NCBI GenBank assembly: GCA_965208575.1
Contig: CBDBOV010000006.1
Location: 1,536,001 to 1,600,000 of the forward strand
Direction: 5' to 3'
Origin: Spirochaetia bacterium
GTDB lineage: Bacteria > Spirochaetota > Spirochaetia > SZUA-6 > Bin103
DNA: 64,000 bases
In this document: piece by piece, positions 20,301 to 30,171 of the stretch
Layout of the letters: each line of letters starts with the position of its first letter
Numbering within the stretch: the stretch's first letter is position 1
The notes under the pieces: model-generated
Told to the model about the DNA's origin: nothing
Database searches by the model: none
The model's input: the letters and a program-made list of their open reading frames with translations, nothing else
Translations under genes and position numbers: made by a program

Positions 20301-22544
20301 GGTCCAATCGGCCCGCCGTTTGACGATGGCGCCGGTTACGAGTCCGAACTCGAGATTACCGGTACACATCGGCTCTACGTCGGTGATGAGCATGTGTGGT
20401 GTTGGTACCGAGGTACTGGAGTCGGACCGTATCCCTCCATGAGTGCTCTGCAAGCGTTGGAGCGGGTGTGTGACCATCTGGTCAAGGCGGCCATACCGCT
20501 CGCAACGCTTGTCTCGATACTCCTCCACGGTTGCGAAAACCTAGCGATGGTCGGCCTCGTCGTCGGACTTCTCGTAAGACATCTTGAGAACACGGGCCGT
20601 CTCCTGGATCCCTACCTCCAAGAGCCGCCCATCTGGCGCCACGAGTTCAGACGAGCCATAGACGAGACGAGCGGACTCGCAGCTGACTCCGACGGACTCG
20701 TGAAACCGGACCGCCGGAAGTGGTCGCTACGGGAGGCCGCCGCACACATGGTCCTGCTGGCCGACGAGACGCGTCGCTCTCAGCTCATCGCGGTCGGCGA
20801 AAAGCTCGTTGCGAACGCACGCCGCGACTTCGAGTCCGCACATGTTGAAGACCAAACGGATCAAACGGCCGATGCGAGTGACCCTACTGAACAGCGGTTG
20901 GCCGTGGTGCGCGCGTGGGCAAGTAGCCTAGACCACCGTACTTACCAAGCCTATGACGCTCCCGATGGTCTGTACGTTCAGTCCAAGCCACCGGATGATG
21001 TGATGCAGGCTTTGGATCCCAGCAACGAAGAATTGGAACGGGTACAAGCGACGAATCGATTGGTAGTCCGCTACCATATCGGACGCAAGACCGGCGATGC
21101 TGGTGGAATCGGGGCAGACGAACTAACCACTGACTTGACAACGGCCCGCGGGCTGCTTGAGAACCCACCGTCCCACGGCGTTCTTGACCCATGGGAGGCG
21201 CCCGCCATGGTTTCCTTAGCAGCACTCGAATCACACCTTCTGAGTGGGGTCGATCTCCCCGACGAAGCGCTCTTGTTCGCGGTCGAGACTGTGCTTGAGA
21301 TAGGAAAAGCAGAGTCGGTGGGGAGCGACAAGTTCGACCCCTCATACTATGACCAAGGCGCAAACCGGAGCGCGGCTACGGCCGCTCCGTTACTGCTACT
21401 GCCCGGTGCGGCCCGACTCCGGTCCATAGTTGACCGGGCAGCCGGATCTGCGACGTTTGAACGTGCCGTTACTGCCAGTATGAAACTTGCACAATCTGGT
21501 ACGAACGAAGTGCCGCTCTACCTCGCGCGTGGATTGGATCACCTTTGGAAGGCGCCGTGCAAGGAACATGGACGTTGTCATCATCAGGTGGGATGGCAAA
21601 TCGTCAGTGACACGATGCGCCGCTGCGTGCTCAGCCGTTGGGATCCCGCTAGCATACGTCGCATCGTCCTCACTCTCAAGAAGCCGTATGCGAAGTCACT
21701 CGATCGCGTTGCCGACAACTCGATCATCGCGCTTCGCCTCGACGCGGCGATACGAGCATCGGCCCCGGCCGCCGTCGCAGGCATATGCGTTTCGGTTCGG
21801 GCGCGAGAGTTGCTGCGGACTCTCCTGGCCGCACAACGGCGGTCTCTGCTCAGCGGAGACCATCACGACGCAGATCCGCGAGGTTCGCACACTCTCTTGA
21901 GCGCACGTGCTCTTCTGACGCTCGCCGAAGAGTGCAATGATGAGCTAATTTACGATCACATAAATGCTTACGCCGATAACTCGACTCTGCTCTGGCACCT
22001 GCTCAGCGCTCTCTCAGCGGCAGCGGAGGAAACACCGGAGCGAGCGGCAGTGGCGCGGCGGGTCTGGCCGAGCATCGTTCGGCACGTTTTGGAGTTGCAT
22101 GAGTCAGGTCACACTGCGTTCCGGGGCCGGACCTCCGGCGACATGGCCCTCGCAGCCCTTATACCCAACGCTACGGGCGACGGTTTATTCCTATATCCGG
22201 AGGTTGAGGATAGCAGGATTGCATGGTGGCAGCCGCTCGAAATGCAACCGGAGGTAGAGGCATGGCTTCCGACGGCCGCCGGCAGGTCGTATTGTGTCGA
22301 CCATCTGATCCACTTCCTCCGCGTTCTCACACCCGAAGAGCAAGTCCGAACCGGGCTTCCGTGGGTGTCAAAGCTCGTCAGTACGGATCCTGACCATGCG
22401 GCTGGGCACTCCCTTACGCTCTCGACTTGGCTGATCGAGTCACGTTCAGTGGCTGAACGTGCCGGTCACCTGTCCTGTTGGCAGGAAATCGTCGATGCTC
22501 TAGTTGTTGCCGGGGTCAGGCAACTTGCGCCTTACTCGGAGTAG
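17334..22544 (+). CDS. Large STAND/AVAST(Avs)-like NTPase with an N-terminal nuclease-like domain
   Basis: 1736 aa; N-terminal 'ATGGGGVTFE...VDDLVV', Walker A GESGVGKS, Walker B 'LIIDAAD', 'FAHDEVRRY', long helical C-terminus. Confidence 0.7.
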   Translation: MDFETSEANPSENNELVASDDATELQARSAGVSPYATGGGGVTFERKVAVQYLAHLLVGDSATELGGGRRVVSVEFQQAPDHPVDDLVVSAALSDEIRPSLVLSLAVRRSPNLVTSDESTRKLVRQFVEAMANAQTEGPEHRMCLVVAGPQEQAKQIATLASHAAVQMDAIGFFRLISTPRKFQAAIRDRLSQLVALVEHALCDLGVADTGSALVQQRTWELLSRLAVLMPRLEFPDETDWANVANSLIPVARGPDPTAGSQLRDWLVALVNDYSPKAARVDLKLLRRDARAMLNSTTRRNQKGWQVLDHLHRMALAAVRDEITGSDGSRVSIDRSGEAAKLIATAAKSPATIVSGESGVGKSALAVLGVTAASGTGSDSIQTLCINLRQIPMLPVEFEATLGCRLATLLCELSASQRVLIIDAADAITEGRTDAFRYLVDAAHNSEITVIAVTSAESRQVVRDALADCLGTAAKEHTVAPLSDAEIGDIVNTFTELNNLSSSARARVLLRRLVVVDLLVRVRVQGVPLTDSDAVQEVWSGLVRRREMSDRGAPDDRQLVLLKLADLALRGVSQVDESSSFDSAAVAGLRRDGLLRTSQDDPFKIGPEFAHDEVRRYAVARLLLSDDTPATRILQAGAPRWSLSAAQLACQALLALPDTATIPLSGRLGRLQASFDRLVDAGHGVRWGDVPGEGLLALADPNAVLRDAWTDLLAGDGAGLRRLARLVDQRHRRDRSVVDIRVVEPIITLLLDDAAPWQLGKYAQDILRDWLHAHVVAKTRAQHPLRILLRERLIDACAAGDRRLAEERVAAAAKRAARASEEIERERRFMENHSELFKELGYGGRRRRKRPDVPREITNEIVLELLALLGPDLGSGGEAILLRVAQDAPEWLAPTVEGLLTGHALANYGRGLLARLTEAYYLDDESAGSDIHDDGIRDHNNRSFGTPLPAWYRGPFMALFETDFRNGVAVLNRLLNHAARTRVSTLTRLGPIGPPFDDGAGYESELEITGTHRLYVGDEHVWCWYRGTGVGPYPSMSALQALERVCDHLVKAAIPLATLVSILLHGCENLAMVGLVVGLLVRHLENTGRLLDPYLQEPPIWRHEFRRAIDETSGLAADSDGLVKPDRRKWSLREAAAHMVLLADETRRSQLIAVGEKLVANARRDFESAHVEDQTDQTADASDPTEQRLAVVRAWASSLDHRTYQAYDAPDGLYVQSKPPDDVMQALDPSNEELERVQATNRLVVRYHIGRKTGDAGGIGADELTTDLTTARGLLENPPSHGVLDPWEAPAMVSLAALESHLLSGVDLPDEALLFAVETVLEIGKAESVGSDKFDPSYYDQGANRSAATAAPLLLLPGAARLRSIVDRAAGSATFERAVTASMKLAQSGTNEVPLYLARGLDHLWKAPCKEHGRCHHQVGWQIVSDTMRRCVLSRWDPASIRRIVLTLKKPYAKSLDRVADNSIIALRLDAAIRASAPAAVAGICVSVRARELLRTLLAAQRRSLLSGDHHDADPRGSHTLLSARALLTLAEECNDELIYDHINAYADNSTLLWHLLSALSAAAEETPERAAVARRVWPSIVRHVLELHESGHTAFRGRTSGDMALAALIPNATGDGLFLYPEVEDSRIAWWQPLEMQPEVEAWLPTAAGRSYCVDHLIHFLRVLTPEEQVRTGLPWVSKLVSTDPDHAAGHSLTLSTWLIESRSVAERAGHLSCWQEIVDALVVAGVRQLAPYSE

Positions 22545-22661
22545 TGGCGCCCCTGTCGGTTGATCGAGCCGCTGATTGGAAGATACATCTCACCGGCCGG
22601 CCGTATATTTTCGAGCTGGTGTGCGTCGTGGTAACTTAGCAACATAACAGGAGATACTTGG

Positions 22662-25394
22662 ATGAGGCGCAGGAAGCCGCCCAGGCGCTCGGATAACTAC
22701 CGTCACCCCGAAGCAGACGCGCTACTGCGGCCGGATATTGGCATCCAGCCGCAGTTTCGAAAGAAGAAGCCGCCGGCCGCCTATCGGTACGACTCCTCGC
22801 TCTCGCCGTCGCTCGAGTGGGATGGGCAGAGTCATGCGCGGGAGGAAGGAGAAGCGAAGGTCGCGGCTTTGGAGCAGCACATCGCGCGACTGTCGGCGAT
22901 CCTCGGCACTGATGCCACCAAGCAGTTGTCGGAGGCGGCTTTCAACTCGGCACGGCGCGAGCTTGACGACGCGCAGCAACAGCTCTCCGAACTGCGAGCG
23001 CTGTCACGGCCGTTCCTTAACTGGGCGGGCAAGGCTGAGCGGTTGTCCTTCGAGGTTCCCACTCTACCGCTGTTCGTGCACGAGCGGTTGTCCACTGCCG
23101 CCATCCTTGAGACGCTGAAGGGGCATCGGCGCGACGACCAGCCGACTCAGTTCGAGTTGTTCGGCGAGAGCGATCTGCCGATTCACGACCGGTTGCTCAA
23201 AGCGTACGAGCATCGCAATGGGTGGGTGAACCGGCTGATCCTTGGCGACTCGCTGGTGGTAATGAACTCACTGCTCGGATTCGAGGGGCTCGGCGGACAA
23301 GTGCAGACGATTTACATGGACCCGCCGTACGCAGTGAAGTTCGGCTCCAACTTTCAGCCGTTCGTACGGCGACGCGAAGTCAGGCACAACGACGACGACG
23401 ACATGATCCGCGAGCCGGAGATGGTCCAGGCGTATCGCGATACCTGGGAGCTGGGGATCCACTCGTTCCTGACCTACCTGCGCGACCGGCTCTTGGTGGC
23501 GCGCGAGTTACTCCATCCTTCGGGGAGCATCTTCGTCCAGATATCCGACACCAACGTGCATCACGTGCGGGAGGTGCTGGATGAGGTGTTCGGCCCGGAG
23601 TGTTTCGTGTCGCAGATCAGCTTTCAGACGACCTCGGGGTTTCAGACGAAGACTCTCGCCACGCTGGGCGATTACCTCCTCTGGTACGCACGCGATCCAA
23701 ATCGACTGAAAGTACGTAAGCTGTTCGAGGAACAGCCGGCGATCCCCGGTGAGGGCAACGCCCGTTGGGTGTTACTGCCTGATGGTAGCTACCGTGGCGT
23801 GAGCGCCGCCGAGCGCCGACGGGAGGTTGCACTTCCCGAAGGTGCCAGGCTCTATAAACCTGGCGATATGCAATCCCAAGGCGCATCTCGCGAATCTCAG
23901 CCATTCGATTATCTCGGCAAGGTATACCAACCCGGCGCAAACTCTCACTGGAAAGCCAACTACCCTGAAGGCTTGAAGCGGTTAGCCACAGATGGGCGTA
24001 TCCACGTTGCCGCTAACAGCATTCAGTATCGTCGATTTGCCACCGACTTTCCCTATAGAGAGCGAGGGAACCTCTGGACCGACACCCTTACCGACAGTTT
24101 TACGGAAGAAAAGCGCTATGTCGTGCAGACCAACCCCAAGGTCATCGAGCGGTGCCTCCTCCTCACCTCGGATCCCGGTGATCTCGTACTCGACCCCACG
24201 TGCGGGTCCGGCACTACTGCATGGTGTGCGGAGAAGTGGGGTCGCCGGTGGATCACCATCGACACCTCGCGTGTGCCGCTGGCGATCGCCCGCCAGCGCC
24301 TGTTGACCGCCAAGCTGGACTACTACCGGCTCAAGGAGCCGGCGCGTGGACCGGCGGGCGGCTTCGAATACCAGCGCCGGCAGAACTCCAAGGGCGAGGA
24401 GGTCGGTGGCATCGTGCCTCACATCACGTTGGAGTCGATCGCCACCGACGAGCCGGCCAAGGAGGAGGTGCTGGTCGACCGCCCTGAACGCGACGACAAC
24501 GTCACCCGCGTGTGTGGTCCGTTCTGTGTGGAGGCGACCATTCCGGCTCCCGCCGACTGGGGCGATGACGAGACTGACCAGGAAGTGACGCACGATGACG
24601 GCTACGACGATCACGTCGAGCGCATGATCGAAGTGCTGCGACGCTCACCGGTGTTGCGTCTTGGGGGTGGACGTACGGTCGCCCTCTCGGGGGTGCGCCG
24701 TCCTGCGCGCACCATGAGCCTCTCGGCCGAGGCGAAGATCGAAGGCGAGGAAGAGCAGATCGCCGCCATCGTCTTCGGTCCCGAGAACGGTGCCGTGTCG
24801 CAGAACTCGGTGTTCGAGGCTGCGAAAGAGGGGAACGTCAAGGGTTACCGGCACCTCTACGTGTTCGGCTTCGCCATTCAGCCAGATGCACGGAGCCTCA
24901 TCGAACTGAGTGACCGCGCGCTTGGTATTCCAGCCACCTACGTGCAGGCGAGTGCCGATCTCACTATGGGCGACCTGCTCAAGAACATGCGATCGAGCCA
25001 GATATTCTCGGTCTGCGGACTGCCCGAGGTGCGGATCGAGCGAGCCGAGGAGCATGCGTACCGCGTCCATCTGTCCGGGCTCGACGAATTCGACCCCGCC
25101 ACGATGGAAACCGACCATCGCGACGCCGCCGACGTGCCTGCCTGGTTCCTGGATACCGACTACAATGGCCTGTGCTTCCACGTGTGTCAGGCGTTCTTTC
25201 CCCGGACGTCGGCCTGGGAGGGACTCAAGCGTTCGCTCCGCGGCGACTTCAAGGCGAGTGTTTGGCAACACCTCTCGGGGACGAGCAGCGCTCCGTTTGT
25301 CGCGGGCACCCATGAGCAGATCGCCGTGAAAGTGATCGATGACCGCGGCAACGAACTGCTGGTAGTGAAGCATCTCGCGGAAGCCGACACATGA
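22662..25394 (+). CDS. Type III-like DNA adenine methyltransferase (Mod)
   Basis: 'LILGDSL', catalytic DPPY, SAM motif 'VLDPTCGSGTT' (beta order), C-terminal 'AVKVIDDRGNE'. Confidence 0.92.
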   Translation: MRRRKPPRRSDNYRHPEADALLRPDIGIQPQFRKKKPPAAYRYDSSLSPSLEWDGQSHAREEGEAKVAALEQHIARLSAILGTDATKQLSEAAFNSARRELDDAQQQLSELRALSRPFLNWAGKAERLSFEVPTLPLFVHERLSTAAILETLKGHRRDDQPTQFELFGESDLPIHDRLLKAYEHRNGWVNRLILGDSLVVMNSLLGFEGLGGQVQTIYMDPPYAVKFGSNFQPFVRRREVRHNDDDDMIREPEMVQAYRDTWELGIHSFLTYLRDRLLVARELLHPSGSIFVQISDTNVHHVREVLDEVFGPECFVSQISFQTTSGFQTKTLATLGDYLLWYARDPNRLKVRKLFEEQPAIPGEGNARWVLLPDGSYRGVSAAERRREVALPEGARLYKPGDMQSQGASRESQPFDYLGKVYQPGANSHWKANYPEGLKRLATDGRIHVAANSIQYRRFATDFPYRERGNLWTDTLTDSFTEEKRYVVQTNPKVIERCLLLTSDPGDLVLDPTCGSGTTAWCAEKWGRRWITIDTSRVPLAIARQRLLTAKLDYYRLKEPARGPAGGFEYQRRQNSKGEEVGGIVPHITLESIATDEPAKEEVLVDRPERDDNVTRVCGPFCVEATIPAPADWGDDETDQEVTHDDGYDDHVERMIEVLRRSPVLRLGGGRTVALSGVRRPARTMSLSAEAKIEGEEEQIAAIVFGPENGAVSQNSVFEAAKEGNVKGYRHLYVFGFAIQPDARSLIELSDRALGIPATYVQASADLTMGDLLKNMRSSQIFSVCGLPEVRIERAEEHAYRVHLSGLDEFDPATMETDHRDAADVPAWFLDTDYNGLCFHVCQAFFPRTSAWEGLKRSLRGDFKASVWQHLSGTSSAPFVAGTHEQIAVKVIDDRGNELLVVKHLAEADT

Positions 25395-27043
25395 TTCGGT
25401 CGGTTTGCATTCGCGGCTTCAAGCGGTTTCGGGAGGTCGAGTTCCGCTTGCCTGGCCACGTGGTGCTGGCAGGGCCCAACAACACCGGCAAGACCACGCT
25501 CCTGCAAGCCATCGCCTCGTGGGCGTTTGCCCTGCGACGTTGGCGCGAACTCAACGACTTCAATCGCCGAAACGGGTACCGCAGGGTGCCGCTCGCCCGG
25601 CAAGCGTTTGCCGCAGTCCCGTTGCGCAGCTTCGACCTGTTGTGGACCGACCGCCATTACCAGGGTCAGATCGAGATCGAGCTGCGTCACGACGCGGGGT
25701 GGGCGGTCACCATGGAGTTCATCGCCGACAGCACCGAGCAGATCTACGTGCGACCGGCGCAGGATTCGTCGGGCAACCTGCGAGACATCGATCTGCAAGC
25801 GGTGTTCGTGCCGCCGATGACCGGCATCGGCATCAATGAACCGCTGTTCTATTGGCCAAAGATCGAACAGCTTCTCGGCTATGGAAGGCCCGGGGAGGTG
25901 TTGCGCAACCTGCTCGTGGAGGCAAACCGAGACCAGGCGGCGTGGGAAGCGCTGCAGGCGGCGATCGACAAGCTGTTCGGGTATCGGCTGCGGCCCCCCG
26001 ACGCCAGCGCAGCAGACATCCTCGTGGAGTACGAGACGGCCGAACAGGGGGTGCCGTTCGACATCGCCAGCGCGGGCAGCGGGTTCCACCAGGTGTTGAT
26101 GCTGCTGGCGTTCCTCAATACCCGGCATGGTGCAGTGGTGTTGCTGGACGAGCCGGACGCACACCTGCACATGATCCTGCAAGATGCCATTTACCATGAG
26201 TTGAGAAGCACCGCCGCACGGCACGGCTCGCAACTCATCGTCGCCACCCATTCCGAAGTGGTCATCAACTCGGTCGAACCACGCGAACTCGTGGTAACGT
26301 TGAGCCAGCCGCGGTTGGTTGCCGACAATGCCGAGCGCAGTCGTCTTATCTCTTCGCTACGCGTCCTGAGCAACGCCGACGTTACCCAAGCTCTCGACGT
26401 CCGCGGGATTCTCTACGTCGAGGACTATACCGACATCAACATCCTGCGGGCGTGGGCGGAGACGCTGCGGCATCGGGCGTCGGGCTTGCTGACGACGGAG
26501 TTGATGTGGAAGCCGACCGCTTTTCACACGCAGGAGGGGCGCCCGGGCAGGGGCGTCACCGCACGGGAGCATTTCGCCGCGCTGCAACTGGTTCGCGATG
26601 ACCTGCCCGGACTGGAGTTGCTCGATGGCGACGCACGCCGGGAGATCGGGGCTACCCCCATCACCGGTAGCGGCCTACAGCGTCTGCGCTGGCGGCGCTA
26701 CGAGATCGAGAGTTACTTGCTTCACCCGGAGGCACTTGCGCGATTTGTTGAGGCTCAGGTCGGGACCAGCGTGGCACGCGAGCATGTCGAGGGCATGCTG
26801 ATCTGGTGGCGACGAGAGCTGCCGCCCGCGGTGGCGGACGATCCCCGCGGTGAGCATCCGTTCCTGAACGGCACCAAGGCCCGTACCGAGCTCCTGCCGC
26901 CACTATTGGAAGCCGCCGAGATCTTCGGATTGCCGTACACACGCTATCACGAAATTGCTGCGCTGATGCGGCTCGAAGAGATTCACCCCGAAGTGGAAGA
27001 AAAACTCGACGCGATCTGCCGGGCGTTTGGAGTCCAGCCTTGA
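25391..27043 (+). CDS. ABC-type ATPase with TOPRIM domain (OLD-like ATP-dependent nuclease)
   Basis: GPNNTGKT, 'GSGFHQ', 'LLDEPDAHLH', 'ATHS', then TOPRIM-like 'LYVEDYTD', 'LLDGD' and 'YEIESYLL'. Confidence 0.8.
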   Translation: MIRSVCIRGFKRFREVEFRLPGHVVLAGPNNTGKTTLLQAIASWAFALRRWRELNDFNRRNGYRRVPLARQAFAAVPLRSFDLLWTDRHYQGQIEIELRHDAGWAVTMEFIADSTEQIYVRPAQDSSGNLRDIDLQAVFVPPMTGIGINEPLFYWPKIEQLLGYGRPGEVLRNLLVEANRDQAAWEALQAAIDKLFGYRLRPPDASAADILVEYETAEQGVPFDIASAGSGFHQVLMLLAFLNTRHGAVVLLDEPDAHLHMILQDAIYHELRSTAARHGSQLIVATHSEVVINSVEPRELVVTLSQPRLVADNAERSRLISSLRVLSNADVTQALDVRGILYVEDYTDINILRAWAETLRHRASGLLTTELMWKPTAFHTQEGRPGRGVTAREHFAALQLVRDDLPGLELLDGDARREIGATPITGSGLQRLRWRRYEIESYLLHPEALARFVEAQVGTSVAREHVEGMLIWWRRELPPAVADDPRGEHPFLNGTKARTELLPPLLEAAEIFGLPYTRYHEIAALMRLEEIHPEVEEKLDAICRAFGVQP

Positions 27044-30000
27044 ACCTGCAGGAAGTCCCGGAGCCGATCCTCAACTCGCCGTTCGAGGAACCCAGGGAGC
27101 ACTGGCGGATCACGGAACACGAGCCGCCCGAGCGGGTGCCCGGCCGCCGGCGCGCCATGTACTTCTACCGTCCGCCCGGACACGAGTCGTCCTCTGAGCA
27201 GGAAGGAGTGGGAACGGCCATCGGACTCAAGCTGGTCAACCGGATCCGTGCCCAGCTTGCCGAGTGGCGACCGCTTGCGCTGCGGGGTGAAGGCGGCGTG
27301 ACCCGCACCACCATGGAGTTGTTGCGCTACTGGCGGCGCGAAGGGCGCAAGCACCGCTTGTTCTTCGCCCAACTCGAGGCCGCCGAGACCGTGATCTTCC
27401 TGACCGAGGCACGGCCCGACCTCCTGCAGGGAATCGAGGTCCCACTCGACGAACCGAGTTCCGACGCCCAGGCAAACGGCTTCCGCGCCTTCCGTCGCTA
27501 CGCCTGCAAGATGGCAACCGGCACCGGTAAGACCGCAGTCATGGGCATGCTCGCCGCGTGGAGCATCCTCAACAAGATCAACTCCCGTGGGGATCGCCGT
27601 TATTCGGACACTGTGTTGGTGGTGTGCCCGAACGTTACCATTCGCAATCGGCTGGAAGAACTCAAGCCGCAGGGAGGCGAGGCCAGCCTGTACCGCACAC
27701 GTGATCTCGTGCCGCCACACCTCATGTCTTCTCTGGCGCAGGGCAGCGTGCTGGTCATGAACTGGCACGTGTTCGAGCCGAAGAGCGCGCAAGCCGACGG
27801 CCAGTCGAGCCGGGTGCTCCGCTCCGGGCAGGAGATCAGGACGCGAGAGACGATCCGCGTTGGCGCGAGATCCGCCACCGTGCGTGGGTCGCGCTATCTG
27901 ACGCTGGCGGATCTGAAACGGCAGGTAGAGCTCGGTCTGATTACGGTCCTTGACGAACAGCGCGAACGCCAAGGGAACCTCAAATCGGTCACCGTAGAGT
28001 CGGTGCGATACGTGGAGAGCAACAGCAAACTCGTCGATCGCGTGTTAGCGCGCGAAGTCGGAGGTAAAGGGAACATCCTCCTGATGAATGACGAAGCGCA
28101 TCACGCGTACCGGATCCGGCGCGAGGAGCCGGACGAGGTCGAGGAGGACCTGTTCGGCGATACCGATCAGACCGAGGAGTTCTTTCGCGAGGCCACGGTA
28201 TGGATCGACGGCCTGGATCGCATCCACAAGCTGCGCGGCATCAACCTGTGCGTCGACCTAACGGCGACACCCTACTACCTCGGCCGGGTCGGACAGGACG
28301 CGAATCGGCCCTTCCCCTGGGTGGTGAGTGATTTCGGACTAGTGGACGCAATCGAGTCAGGGCTGGTGAAGATCCCGCAGCTTGCGGCGCGCGACACGAG
28401 CGGCGCCGCAATCCCCGGCTACTTCAACATCTGGCGATGGATTCTGCCACGGCTTACCTCGGCCGAACGAGGCGGCCGCCGGGGCAGCGTGAAGCCGGAA
28501 GCGATCCTCAAGCATGCTCACGTTCCCATAGCGATGCTGGGCGGATTGTGGGAGCTGCTTCGCGGTGAGTGGGCACGGCGCTACGAGTCGGACCGCCCGC
28601 CGGTGTTCATCATCGTGTGCAAGAACACTGCGCTTGCCAAGGTCATCCATCGCTGGCTGGGCCATGACGATGCGCCGGTCGGGATACCGCCGGCGCGTCT
28701 CGATGGGCTGCGCAATACCGATGGAGACAACTACACGATACGGGTGGACTCCAAGGTCGTGCAGGAGTCGGACGGTGGGGAGGCCCGGTCCGATGCGGGC
28801 CGATGGATGCGTTTGACGCTCGACACCATCGGCAAGACGGCGTGGCCGCAGGACGCTCAGGCCCGCCCCCTCTATCCCGAGGGATTCGAGAACCTGGCCG
28901 AGAAACTGGAGAAGCCGTTGCATCCACCGGGGCGGGACGTACGTTGCATCGTCAGCGTCGGCATGCTCACCGAAGGGTGGGACTGCAATACGGTGACACA
29001 CATCATCGGTCTCCGGCCATTCATGTCGCAGTTGCTCTGTGAGCAGGTGGTGGGGCGAGGGTTGCGTCGGCTGAGTTATGCAGTGGAAGAGGACGGCAAG
29101 CTCGGCGAGGAGGTAGCGAAGATCTTCGGGGTACCGTTCGAGGTGATCCCGCTGAAGACTAACCCTCCCGGCGTGCCCAAGCCACCGCCGCAGACGTGGC
29201 GCATCCACGCCCTGCCGGAGCGCGCCGATCTGGAGATCAAGTTCCCGCGCGTCGAGGGATACACCTCTCGAATCCGCAATCGAATCCGTGTCGACTGGGG
29301 CAGCATCGCACCGCTGGTGCTTGATCCTCTGGACATTCCGCCCGAAGTGGAGATGAAGGCCGGGTTGCCCAGCAACACCGGGCGACCCTCACTGATCGGT
29401 CCCGGGCGGCTGGAGCAGGTCGATCTCAACCCCTACCGTCGAGGTCGGCGCCTGCAGCGCCTGGTGTTCGAGATGGCTCGCGATCTCACCCGCAACTATC
29501 GCCAGTCGCCCGACTGTGCGGCGCCGGCCCACGTCCTGTTCCCTCAACTCGCGACGGTGGTGCAACGCTACCTCGATCAGAAGGTGCGCCCCATCCCGCC
29601 GGCGCAACACGTCGATGCATTTCTCTCACCCTGGTACGGCTGGCTCCTGGAACGTCTTCTGGAGGCGATCCATCCAGCGGCAGACGACGGGGACCAGGGT
29701 GAGTTACCGCGCTCCGAGACGAACCGGGGACCGGGATCTACCGAAGAGGTCGACTTCGAGACCCGACGCGAGCCCTACCCGGTGACCAAGAGCCACGTCA
29801 ACGCGGTGGTGCCCGACACCGCCAAGTGGGAGCAATCGGCAGCCTACCAGATAGATCGCCACAAACAGGTGAGGTCATTCGTCAAGAATGCAGGCCTTGG
29901 ATTTGCCATCCCCTATCTGCACAACGGAGAACATCACGAGTACATTCCCGACTTCATCATTCACCTGAACAACATTGAGGCGCGCTACCTTATCTTGGAG

Positions 30001-30171
30001 ACCAAAGGATACGATGCCTTGCACGAGGTAAAAGAGCAAGCAGCCCTACGCTGGGTTCGCGCAGTGAACGATACAGCCAGCTTCGGTCACTGGGCATACG
30101 CCATGGTCACTGACATCTCCAAGGTAGACGACGCGGTCTCGAAGGCAGCCGCAAGGGGAGCAGGCCAGTGA
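27040..30171 (+). CDS. Type III-like restriction subunit (Res; SF2 helicase plus C-terminal nuclease)
   Basis: 'KMATGTGKT', 'NDEAHH', 'LTATP', 'VGMLTEGWD', 'EQVVGRGLRR', nuclease 'YIPDFII...LETKG'. Confidence 0.92.
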   Translation: MNLQEVPEPILNSPFEEPREHWRITEHEPPERVPGRRRAMYFYRPPGHESSSEQEGVGTAIGLKLVNRIRAQLAEWRPLALRGEGGVTRTTMELLRYWRREGRKHRLFFAQLEAAETVIFLTEARPDLLQGIEVPLDEPSSDAQANGFRAFRRYACKMATGTGKTAVMGMLAAWSILNKINSRGDRRYSDTVLVVCPNVTIRNRLEELKPQGGEASLYRTRDLVPPHLMSSLAQGSVLVMNWHVFEPKSAQADGQSSRVLRSGQEIRTRETIRVGARSATVRGSRYLTLADLKRQVELGLITVLDEQRERQGNLKSVTVESVRYVESNSKLVDRVLAREVGGKGNILLMNDEAHHAYRIRREEPDEVEEDLFGDTDQTEEFFREATVWIDGLDRIHKLRGINLCVDLTATPYYLGRVGQDANRPFPWVVSDFGLVDAIESGLVKIPQLAARDTSGAAIPGYFNIWRWILPRLTSAERGGRRGSVKPEAILKHAHVPIAMLGGLWELLRGEWARRYESDRPPVFIIVCKNTALAKVIHRWLGHDDAPVGIPPARLDGLRNTDGDNYTIRVDSKVVQESDGGEARSDAGRWMRLTLDTIGKTAWPQDAQARPLYPEGFENLAEKLEKPLHPPGRDVRCIVSVGMLTEGWDCNTVTHIIGLRPFMSQLLCEQVVGRGLRRLSYAVEEDGKLGEEVAKIFGVPFEVIPLKTNPPGVPKPPPQTWRIHALPERADLEIKFPRVEGYTSRIRNRIRVDWGSIAPLVLDPLDIPPEVEMKAGLPSNTGRPSLIGPGRLEQVDLNPYRRGRRLQRLVFEMARDLTRNYRQSPDCAAPAHVLFPQLATVVQRYLDQKVRPIPPAQHVDAFLSPWYGWLLERLLEAIHPAADDGDQGELPRSETNRGPGSTEEVDFETRREPYPVTKSHVNAVVPDTAKWEQSAAYQIDRHKQVRSFVKNAGLGFAIPYLHNGEHHEYIPDFIIHLNNIEARYLILETKGYDALHEVKEQAALRWVRAVNDTASFGHWAYAMVTDISKVDDAVSKAAARGAGQ

